From Candidatus Poribacteria bacterium (GTDB taxonomy: Bacteria > Poribacteria > WGA-4E > UBA9662): a DNA stretch of 64,000 bases. The notes beneath the pieces were generated by a model. The model was not told the origin of the DNA. It did not search any database and worked only from the letters and a program-made list of their open reading frames with translations. Where the stretch lies: NCBI GenBank assembly GCA_036339735.1, contig JAYZAL010000005.1:48684-112683 (forward strand), given 5' to 3'. Each line of letters begins with the position of its first letter. The stretch's first letter is position 1. The position numbers and the translations under genes are program-made. Below are positions 51,394 through 59,709 of the stretch, piece by piece.

Positions 51394-52359
51394 TTACTGG
51401 CCTGACCAATGCCCAATAGAAACATAAGAAGGCATCATTACGGGGTTTTCAACTAATTTTTGACCAGCGGCTGAATATTTGCTGACTCCACCTTGAAAAC
51501 TCGATCCAAACTGATCAGCAATCCACACGGTACCATCCTTAGGATTAATGCTTAAACACAGAATTGCCATGCCTGCACCTTCAACCTTGACTAGCTCCGA
51601 TCCGTTGTCGTCTAGTTTGACTAAAGTATTGGAGGCAGAAATAAGCCATAAGCTATTATCTTTGGAATTGACACGAGGAGACATTGGCATTGGGTATGTT
51701 TCAATCCTCTTAATTTCTTGTCCACTGGGGTTCAGTTTAACTAGTATATTTGCTTGTGTATCTGTTGCCCACACATTACCTGTGTTAGGATTAACAGCCA
51801 CATAGGTTGGCTCATTTAAAGAAAAGGGGGTGGATGCAGGCTGACCGTTCGCATCATACCGTACAATTTTACCACGTTTATCAGTAACCCAACAGCTTCC
51901 ATCTTTAATGTTAACCGAAACATCAGGCTCTAGTAAACCAGTGATAGTGGCAAGTATGCCAGATCCATCAGCAGCGATTTTGTAAGCGCTATCTATCCCA
52001 CCAACCCAAATAGTGCCATCACTTGGATTAACTGATGTTCGATTCGGACGGTTAATACCGGAGATTGGTTTAAAATCACCCACAGCCGTATCATAACGAA
52101 AGACAGTATTAGCAGCGCCAACACTAATCCAGACCACGCCCGTTTTAGGATCAACTTCTGCTGTTTGTACTTGACTCACATCCGGAATAGTAATGCCATT
52201 AGGGTCCATTAAGGCATCAGCAGAATCAAGCTTGTAAATGGTATCGCCGTTGCTAACGACCCAGCACTCACCATTGTACGCCGCGTTAATGGTAAGAAGC
52301 GGAAACATAATGAGAAAAGTAAATATAAAAAGCCCCCCAATGTAGGGTTTTGTTGACAT
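51394..52359 (-). CDS. Secreted beta-propeller protein (NHL/SMP-30-like)
   Basis: Signal peptide; repeats of V(N/D)PxDGxxW spaced about 40 aa apart; RBS AGGAG. Confidence 0.75.
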   Translation of the reverse strand: MSTKPYIGGLFIFTFLIMFPLLTINAAYNGECWVVSNGDTIYKLDSADALMDPNGITIPDVSQVQTAEVDPKTGVVWISVGAANTVFRYDTAVGDFKPISGINRPNRTSVNPSDGTIWVGGIDSAYKIAADGSGILATITGLLEPDVSVNIKDGSCWVTDKRGKIVRYDANGQPASTPFSLNEPTYVAVNPNTGNVWATDTQANILVKLNPSGQEIKRIETYPMPMSPRVNSKDNSLWLISASNTLVKLDDNGSELVKVEGAGMAILCLSINPKDGTVWIADQFGSSFQGGVSKYSAAGQKLVENPVMMPSYVSIGHWSGQ

Positions 52360-52485
52360 CTTATTTCTCCTAAATAATTTTTATCGAAGATAGAATGGTA
52401 GGGTCGGATAAAGTACCAGTACCCTTTCTTTAGAGGTGAAATGCTCAGGCCGATCGGCTAAGGGTAACACATTCATATTACTCGT

Positions 52486-53388
52486 TCAAGTACTGGTAGA
52501 TTCAAAAAAACTGATCAAAGAATGGTAAATAGCTTTCTGAAAAGGTGTTTGCTGCCCAATTCCAAGATTAACTAAATCCGAACAATCTAATTCACAATCC
52601 TGAGGTCGGGGGACACCCACTGGCGGTTTTACATCAGGAATGAGATGTGTAGTTGAGCAATTCACCACTTCTCCCATCGATTTAGCAATCTGGTATTTTG
52701 TCATTGGTTCATTAGCAGACCAATGATAGGTTCCGTTAAAGTTAGATTGACTGGATCGATGCTCGATTATCTGTCTGCAAACTACAGCAACATCATTAAC
52801 CCAAGTCGGACGCCGAATAGACCAATGATCAATACTAATTTTTTCTGCAGACCGAATTTGTTCACCAATCTGGGTAATGGATGTTTCACTCAAAAATTCA
52901 ACCTGACCATATAGTGCCGGGAGACGAAGTATACAGAATTGGTCAGTTTCTGCCCGAACAGCATTCTCTCCATCCAATTTACTTTGACCATACAAATTTA
53001 GAGGATTAGTCGAATCTTTTGGGCGATAGGGTGGACTCGTACCGTCAAATACATAGTTAGTAGATAAGAAGATCATCCAACACCCCGTCTGATACGCTAA
53101 CTTGGCTAAATGCCGCGTAGCTTCAACATTTAAGGCAACCGTTCTTTGTGGGTCATTTTGGCTAATATCTGGCCGTCGCTCCGCAGCTGAATGAATAAGT
53201 ATATTGGGTTTAATGGTCCACATGAATTCATTAACGTTTTCTGTGTCCAATAAGTTTAGTTTTTGAATGCCAGAATGAATTCGATTTAATCCCAAACCTA
53301 TAATATCAAAATTGGTCGATAACTCAGCCATGATAGCTCGACCCAACAACCCGGAAGCACCTGTTAAAACAATTTTATTCATAAGCAA
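52486..53388 (-). CDS. Extended SDR of the RmlD/MAT2B family
   Basis: TGASGLLG, AAERRPD, STNYVFDG, YGQSK (YxxxK), PRP. Confidence 0.88.
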   Translation of the reverse strand: MLMNKIVLTGASGLLGRAIMAELSTNFDIIGLGLNRIHSGIQKLNLLDTENVNEFMWTIKPNILIHSAAERRPDISQNDPQRTVALNVEATRHLAKLAYQTGCWMIFLSTNYVFDGTSPPYRPKDSTNPLNLYGQSKLDGENAVRAETDQFCILRLPALYGQVEFLSETSITQIGEQIRSAEKISIDHWSIRRPTWVNDVAVVCRQIIEHRSSQSNFNGTYHWSANEPMTKYQIAKSMGEVVNCSTTHLIPDVKPPVGVPRPQDCELDCSDLVNLGIGQQTPFQKAIYHSLISFFESTST

Positions 53389-54049
53389 ATGTATGTCCGG
53401 GTTTTGCTACTAGTCGATTTTGAAATTTAGCAGCTAGATTGGTGTCATGCGTAACGGTAATAAGTATATTATTCATTTGATGATGAAGTTCAAAAATTAG
53501 GTCGGAAATTTGATTGGCCGTGTGATGATCCAAGTTACCCGTTGGTTCATCACACAATATTAGCCTAGGTTGGTTGATTAAAGAACGAGCAATAGCAACA
53601 CGCTGACGCTCACCACCCGACAGTTCTGATGGTCGGTGTCCAGTTCGATTGGCAAGACCAACTTTAGCTAAAATCTTTTCAGCCCATTTGACTTTTTTTG
53701 AATCGGGCTTTCCGGTTGCAAATGCGGGGAGTAACGTATTCTCAATTACTGAATACTGAGGTAAAAGGTTGTGTTCCTGAAAGACAAATCCAATTGTTCG
53801 ATTACGAAATTTAGCCAATTCTTTCTGGCTCAAATCAAACGGATTTTGTTCAGAAATCTTGATATGTCCACTTGTTGGTTGGTCTAAGGTTCCGATCAAG
53901 TGTAGCAGTGTACTTTTACCTGCGCCAGATGGACCCATTATAGCTAGGGACTCGCCATTAGTTAAGGAAAAAGTAACGTCCCGTAACACCTCTATTTCGT
54001 GGGTATCTACACGAAAGATTTTGCTTAATTCTTTCACAGAAAGGTGCAT
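53375..54049 (-). CDS. LolD/MacB-type ABC ATP-binding protein
   Basis: GPSGAGKS, GFVFQ, LSGGERQR, CDEPTGNLD, VTHD. Confidence 0.92.
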   Translation of the reverse strand: MHLSVKELSKIFRVDTHEIEVLRDVTFSLTNGESLAIMGPSGAGKSTLLHLIGTLDQPTSGHIKISEQNPFDLSQKELAKFRNRTIGFVFQEHNLLPQYSVIENTLLPAFATGKPDSKKVKWAEKILAKVGLANRTGHRPSELSGGERQRVAIARSLINQPRLILCDEPTGNLDHHTANQISDLIFELHHQMNNILITVTHDTNLAAKFQNRLVAKPGHTFAYE

Positions 54050-54051
54050 GA

Positions 54052-54483
54052 CTATCCTTTAGATTTGGCCTGAATTCGCTCAGATATGAAATTAGGAATA
54101 GGGATTGATTGTAATGGTTGGTCAGGATTACAGATACAACAGATTACGCTCAATTTTCCCCTTGCCACTGTTTCAAGTTGGTGCAAAAACTCGAAACAGT
54201 AGGTCAGTGATTTTGTACCTTTTCGATCGATGCTAAGGTGAATATCAATCTGGTCTTCAAATTTGATTGGCTTTAGATAATCACAAGTAGCGGATAAACG
54301 TGGCCATCCAATCTTATCGCCTTGAAGTTCCGTCGCGACACTTGTTCCTAATGACCGGAGAAACTCGTGTTCCACGGATTCCATAAAAATAAAGAAACGA
54401 CTAAAGTGGACGATTCCGGCCATATCAGTATCCGAAAACTCAATTATGCGTTTGGTTTGGAAATCTGAAACGGGAAAACTCAT
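54052..54483 (-). CDS. Acyl-CoA thioesterase (4HBT/YbgC hotdog family)
   Basis: FSDTDMAGIVHF motif. Confidence 0.88.
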   Translation of the reverse strand: MSFPVSDFQTKRIIEFSDTDMAGIVHFSRFFIFMESVEHEFLRSLGTSVATELQGDKIGWPRLSATCDYLKPIKFEDQIDIHLSIDRKGTKSLTYCFEFLHQLETVARGKLSVICCICNPDQPLQSIPIPNFISERIQAKSKG

Positions 54484-54496
54484 GATCAGGCCAGTA

Positions 54497-54967
54497 CTAT
54501 TTGGGCGGAAAAGCTGAAACCATATACCCGCCTGCTGCAGCCAGAACTACCCCCAGAATAAATTGCCATTTAACTGCGGCCAAACCATTTTTGGGTGGGT
54601 TAAAAACCAAGGCAGCAGCAACGGCGTTAACCATTGGTGCACCCGCAAAAATAATCGAAGCGACTGAAGTTGGGGGGCCACCCTTAAAAAGTGCTAGCTG
54701 CAAACAAAATGCACCTATCGCTCCCACCATACCGGCTAAAGTCGAATAAACTACACCTTTTGATGTAAATTGCCACTCAGCCTTATTCATAACTAAGACA
54801 ACAATAGGTGCAACGACAGCAATAATGAAATACGCAAGCCCAATGAATAGGAAAGCTTTAAAGCGACCGTTGATCGGATCTCCCATCTCTTTGGTTCCAA
54901 TGTGAATAACGTTGACGTATAACCCCCAAGAGGCAATTGTCATAAAAGCAAAGGCTAACCAGTGCAT
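54497..54967 (-). CDS. Small five-TM membrane protein (EamA/DMT-like)
   Basis: Hydrophobic; SWG.Y, G.VGA.G, FAGAP.VN. Confidence 0.65.
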   Translation of the reverse strand: MHWLAFAFMTIASWGLYVNVIHIGTKEMGDPINGRFKAFLFIGLAYFIIAVVAPIVVLVMNKAEWQFTSKGVVYSTLAGMVGAIGAFCLQLALFKGGPPTSVASIIFAGAPMVNAVAAALVFNPPKNGLAAVKWQFILGVVLAAAGGYMVSAFPPK

Positions 54968-54996
54968 CTAATCTCCTAATCAATTTAAAGTTAATT

Positions 54997-56286
54997 TTAG
55001 CTAAGATAACGATTTAAAACAGCCAGTGTACGGACCCCAGTTTGACGAATAGTATACTTCTGGTGGACAGATTCTTTCCCTCTTTGGCCCAATGTTTGTC
55101 GAAGTTCCGAATTCTGCATAATTTCGGTAAGACCTTTATTGATGGCCTCTGTTGATAGTGGCTGTACTAAGATTCCACCGGAAGTAGCTTCTATCAACTC
55201 TGGGAAAGAGCCGTGATTAGGTAAAACTACAGGAACCCCGTTTGCAAGAGACTCCAATACAAATAAACCTTTCGACTCTCGATAAACAGTCGGTACTGAT
55301 AAAACGTGGATCTGGTTTAAAAATTGGATTTTTTCTTGACGGTCAACTACGCCCAAATACTCAAAAGAGTTTTGGATATTCCAATTTTCGAGTTGATCGA
55401 CAATTTGTTGATAATACTCTTTGTCTCGCCCCCCCAAATACCCAGCGACTTTCAATTTAACATTATCTTTTCCCCATTTTTTTGCCAACTGGTAAAACGC
55501 TTCAATGAGTAAATGCAAACCTTTTTCTGGGCAAATCCGAGCCATATAACCAATGATGAAGGGATGATCATCTAATTTTTCCTCTGTAGCTCCATGACCT
55601 TCTAAGTTCAAACCTAACGGTATAACATGCACTTTTTCTCTATCACTGTGGGTATATTCAGACATGTAATCAGCATAATAGTTACAAGAAGCAAAAAAAC
55701 CGTCAATATCGTTAGTTCTTTCTCTTAATAATGTTATAGCTTCAGACTTATAAGGTTCAATCAATTGGTCAAGAAATATATCTTCACCCTGAAAGCCACA
55801 AATTACCGGAACATTAAGTTGAGATTTAAGCTGAGCAGCCATGCCAGAAAACATAGAATTAGTCAATTGAATAATATCAGGCATATAATCATTTTTGAGC
55901 CACTGAACTAGCTTTTCTAATTCCTTTTTTTGTCTTCCATTTTCGCCTTTGAGCATAGACACAGTCAAACTACCTAAATCTTTTGCACTTGTTGAAGTGC
56001 TAAATTTTGATAAACTATTGAGCAAAGATGGAGTATCCAACAGCCGATCAATTAACCATGGTGTATGGCGAAAGAATGCCGACTTTTCTTGTAAATATAC
56101 ATTTATACCGCCAAAGAAGACATGCCCCAAACTAACATCTTCATCATCTGTTCTCAGAGGCGTATACGTAGGAATTAGAGCTACTTCGTGCCCTTGCTGA
56201 ATCAGCTCCTTAGAGAGCATATTATCGTGGATACAAGTACCGCAATACATGCCAGCAGCGCCTGCTGCAATATAAGCAATTCTCAA
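54997..56286 (-). CDS. Glycosyltransferase family 4
   Basis: ARICPEKG, ESKGLFVLESLANGVP (EX7E); TTG start at 56286 overlaps the upstream TGA. Confidence 0.9.
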   Translation of the reverse strand: MRIAYIAAGAAGMYCGTCIHDNMLSKELIQQGHEVALIPTYTPLRTDDEDVSLGHVFFGGINVYLQEKSAFFRHTPWLIDRLLDTPSLLNSLSKFSTSTSAKDLGSLTVSMLKGENGRQKKELEKLVQWLKNDYMPDIIQLTNSMFSGMAAQLKSQLNVPVICGFQGEDIFLDQLIEPYKSEAITLLRERTNDIDGFFASCNYYADYMSEYTHSDREKVHVIPLGLNLEGHGATEEKLDDHPFIIGYMARICPEKGLHLLIEAFYQLAKKWGKDNVKLKVAGYLGGRDKEYYQQIVDQLENWNIQNSFEYLGVVDRQEKIQFLNQIHVLSVPTVYRESKGLFVLESLANGVPVVLPNHGSFPELIEATSGGILVQPLSTEAINKGLTEIMQNSELRQTLGQRGKESVHQKYTIRQTGVRTLAVLNRYLS

Positions 56287-58187
56287 CTGGACCTCCAGTG
56301 TATGATTCCAATGCCAATAATGATACCGACCACTATCATCTGAATCCATATTTTTGTACTAACCAATACTAGAAAAGCAGCTAGAACTAAGGCTACTCGA
56401 AGTCCGAGTGTTAACTCAGACCTAGCAAACCCCGCTATACCGGTAGCCAAAGGAATCATAGAAAAAAATGTCAAGCCAATTTTAACAATCATTTTCCAAA
56501 GGTTACCATCTTTTGATATTAATAATAATTCGGGATTAAATACAAAAGCATAAGGCAAGGCAAAACCAACTAAAGCAAAGCGAAAAGCTGATAGACTAGT
56601 TTGCATTAAATTTGCTTTCGCAATAGCCCCAGCTGTATAAGCAGCTAGTGCTACTGGAGGTGTTACCATTGCCATCATGCCAAAATAAAAAATAAATAAA
56701 TGAGCCGCTAGAGGGGGAGTCTGCATTTGGTCTAACATTGGTCCGATAAACGTAGCAACCAGCAAATAACAGATAGAAGAAGGTAATCCGAGCCCCAATA
56801 AAATAGTCGAAAACATCAATAGAGCAAAAGCTAATAGACGACTGTGTTCAGCCATAGGTAGTAAAACTTCAGGGAGTTTGGTACCGACTCCGGTCTGGGT
56901 AACCATACCCAGGACTATACCAACGCATGCGGCTGCAGTGATTAAAGATGTAGCACTTGTGGCTGTCTTCATAAAAGCATCTAATAGATCATGGAAAGTA
57001 AGCCGAGTGTGCGGACTAATATGGCTAGCTATCAACGTAAAAACCAAGCTTAAACTGACAGCTCGAAAGGGGGTAAACTTTAGTGTTAAAAATAGGATTA
57101 AGATGGAGAAGGCCAACAAAAACAGCCAGCCTTGGGCTTGATGATGTGGAGTATCGTTGGTGCTAGGTGCCAAGTCGTTCACAAGTACACCTTGAGCATG
57201 TTGTAGTCGATGAGAATAGAAATGAACAATCAAAAGAAGTGCCGTGTAATATAAGATTGCAGGAACGAGAGCCGATTTTATAATTTGCAGATACGTCACA
57301 CTTGGCTCAATTAGTTCCAGCATCATGTATGCGCCAGCCCCCATAATCGGTGGCATTAAGGCACCACCGGAACTAGCAGCAGCCTCTACACCTGCAGCAA
57401 TGGTAGGTTTAAACCCAGCACTCTGCATCATAGGAATTGTAAAAGTACCTGTTGTTGCTGTATTTGCAACGGCACTTCCTGAAAGTGAACCCATCACACC
57501 ACTGCTGATAACTGCTACTTTTGCCGATCCACCTGTTGTAGGTTTAAAAATACGTTCTGCTAGACGAATAATATAACTAGTAGAGCCAGTCTTTTCTAAA
57601 ACATTACCAAATAATACAAACAGAAATACGTAGGTAAACATAACTCTCAAGGCAATACCAAAAACCCCTTGAGAACCAAGAAAAACTTGGCTAACAATAC
57701 GCGACCATGTATAGCCACGATGGGGGAACAACCAATCTGGTAAAATTGAGCCAAAAATTGAATAAGACATAAACAAAACGGCTAGAGCTGGTAATATCCA
57801 GCCAATAGACCGTCGGGCTGATTCCAATACTAGTAATAAGCCGATCGAACCGACTGTATAATCAACAATTGACTCCATCCCAGCCCGATTTCCTAGTGAC
57901 CGATCATCTACCCAAAATTTTTTGAATAAAGGTTCCGTTTGAACGAAAATGTAGGCAAAGCAACCTATAGTCCCAATTGCTAGGAGAAAGTGACATAATC
58001 TTTTTAGCCAATCTTTATTCGAAAGGAAAGATTGCTGGATAACAAAAACAGGCTCATTCGCAAGTGTAAATTCTACACCTAAAAAAGCAAACAAAATTAA
58101 ACCTGATTGTGGTGATAGAATAGGATAGTTCACTTCAATCAGAACAAATAAGCTGAGTGCGGTCGATCGCAGAATATTTAATCTCAT
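56283..58187 (-). CDS. TRAP transporter fused permease (TAXI-type DctQM)
   Basis: G.FG.AL.V, FVLFG..LE.TG, SGSAVAN, TGTFTIP, GG.LMPP.MGA, HLFIFYF, VTPPVALA. Confidence 0.92.
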   Translation of the reverse strand: MRLNILRSTALSLFVLIEVNYPILSPQSGLILFAFLGVEFTLANEPVFVIQQSFLSNKDWLKRLCHFLLAIGTIGCFAYIFVQTEPLFKKFWVDDRSLGNRAGMESIVDYTVGSIGLLLVLESARRSIGWILPALAVLFMSYSIFGSILPDWLFPHRGYTWSRIVSQVFLGSQGVFGIALRVMFTYVFLFVLFGNVLEKTGSTSYIIRLAERIFKPTTGGSAKVAVISSGVMGSLSGSAVANTATTGTFTIPMMQSAGFKPTIAAGVEAAASSGGALMPPIMGAGAYMMLELIEPSVTYLQIIKSALVPAILYYTALLLIVHFYSHRLQHAQGVLVNDLAPSTNDTPHHQAQGWLFLLAFSILILFLTLKFTPFRAVSLSLVFTLIASHISPHTRLTFHDLLDAFMKTATSATSLITAAACVGIVLGMVTQTGVGTKLPEVLLPMAEHSRLLAFALLMFSTILLGLGLPSSICYLLVATFIGPMLDQMQTPPLAAHLFIFYFGMMAMVTPPVALAAYTAGAIAKANLMQTSLSAFRFALVGFALPYAFVFNPELLLISKDGNLWKMIVKIGLTFFSMIPLATGIAGFARSELTLGLRVALVLAAFLVLVSTKIWIQMIVVGIIIGIGIIHWRSS

Positions 58188-58704
58188 TTAGATATAGTGG
58201 ATATTCATTTTTGTAGCCGTGGGCACCCTCTACCCAAATCCAAATGGCTTTTTAGAAAGATTAGTTTTTGGTCAATTTCGTTGAAAATCAAGGATGAGGA
58301 TTGACTCGGTCAATGAGTGAATGATTATTGACACACACAGGTAGCTCAATTCGTGCTGTAACAACCAGTATTTTTTAATAAATTTTTTCTAAAGTGTCTT
58401 CTAACAGCTCAGAATACAAAAGCGTCAGACTGCTTGAGAATTCTTATACTAAGGTTGTCAATTAAGTTTTTAGTTAAACTAAGATCATGTGTAGTATTAG
58501 TTTTTGATACAGATTATTAATTTTGTTCGACCTAATTGATTCTTATCTTACCCATTAAAGGAGACAAATGATATTTGTTATTGACAAACAAGTACTAAAT
58601 AATGTGTTAGTATGGTAGTTCAAATATTTACCACTTCAGAGCCAAACGGTATAACGACGCCGTACCAATCAGTTTCTTAGACTCATCTGTTAGGCAAAAT
58701 ACAA

Positions 58705-59679
58705 TTAATGGAAACCGCGCCGTTGATCTTGCTGAAGTGTACGAATTTGTGCTCGGGCTTCGTCATATTTGAAACTATTAGATTGAGTTACATATTGAAA
58801 GGCACGCATTGCTTCAACGGTCTGATCAAGGTTTCGATAACACACCCCAAGCCAGAAAAAAGAATTTCCTAACACATAGCGATGTTCAATTCCACTTTCA
58901 GTTAGCATAATCAAGTTAGGCAAAGCCGACTGATATTTTCCAACTAACACTAACCCTTTAACGGTCTGATTGTACAGTTGCTCCAGATCAGATCGGTTGG
59001 TAACTTTTGATGGCGTTGTCGATTTCACCGGTAATTGATCGGATACGTTTGAAATTTGCAAGTTAGTCGATAAAGTTTTGTCAGTTTTAGCAATTGGTTG
59101 TGAGGTTTTGTTGTTATCTATATCAGAATTTGGATTAGTCTTTTTATCTGGTATTAACAGATCTTCTGTTTTTTTTCTAAGTGATGGCTGATCCGATAAG
59201 GCGGGGGATGAGATAGCAATGTTGTCAAGCTTAGACTCAAGCTGACTAAGGTTATTATTCAAGTCTGACAATTCAGGCTTAATCAATTTCCAATAAATAG
59301 CAGTCCCACCAATGAGAACGAGAAGTAAAGGTAGAAAGAGAACCCAATCCCGGAATCCCCCTAATAAAGACTTAGGTTCAGAAGCTTCCAGACACTCCAT
59401 AGCCATCAAGTTGAGTGGATCCAATTTTAGTGTCTTTAACCAAGATTCCCGTGCTTTGTCAATTTGCCCCAACTGCATGTAAATTTTGCCCAATAAGTTA
59501 TGTGCTTTAATGTAATCTGGGGCTAGCTTAACAGCTTCAGTTAATAGCGAAAGAGCCTCGTTGAACCTCTCATGCTTAGCGTAACTCAACCCTTCGTTAT
59601 ATAACTCAACGGACCGAGCATATACTGAATGTTGGTGTGCTGCTTTATTTTCTTCTTTAGCAAAGCTTTCAGTACTCAT
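58705..59679 (-). CDS. TPR protein with a central TM and a C-terminal TPR
   Basis: N-terminal TPRs (AHNLLGKIY, LKLDP), TM at about aa 113-131, coiled coil, linker, C-terminal FWLGVCY. Confidence 0.8.
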   Translation of the reverse strand: MSTESFAKEENKAAHQHSVYARSVELYNEGLSYAKHERFNEALSLLTEAVKLAPDYIKAHNLLGKIYMQLGQIDKARESWLKTLKLDPLNLMAMECLEASEPKSLLGGFRDWVLFLPLLLVLIGGTAIYWKLIKPELSDLNNNLSQLESKLDNIAISSPALSDQPSLRKKTEDLLIPDKKTNPNSDIDNNKTSQPIAKTDKTLSTNLQISNVSDQLPVKSTTPSKVTNRSDLEQLYNQTVKGLVLVGKYQSALPNLIMLTESGIEHRYVLGNSFFWLGVCYRNLDQTVEAMRAFQYVTQSNSFKYDEARAQIRTLQQDQRRGFH

Positions 59680-59709
59680 AATTCTCTCGTCTGATTTTGG
59701 TTGTCGTCT

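Noticed and set aside
52360..52485. Riboswitch upstream of the propeller gene (CTGAG, GCCGATCGGC palindrome)
   Set aside because: Only a fragmentary resemblance to TPP; the other conserved elements are absent.
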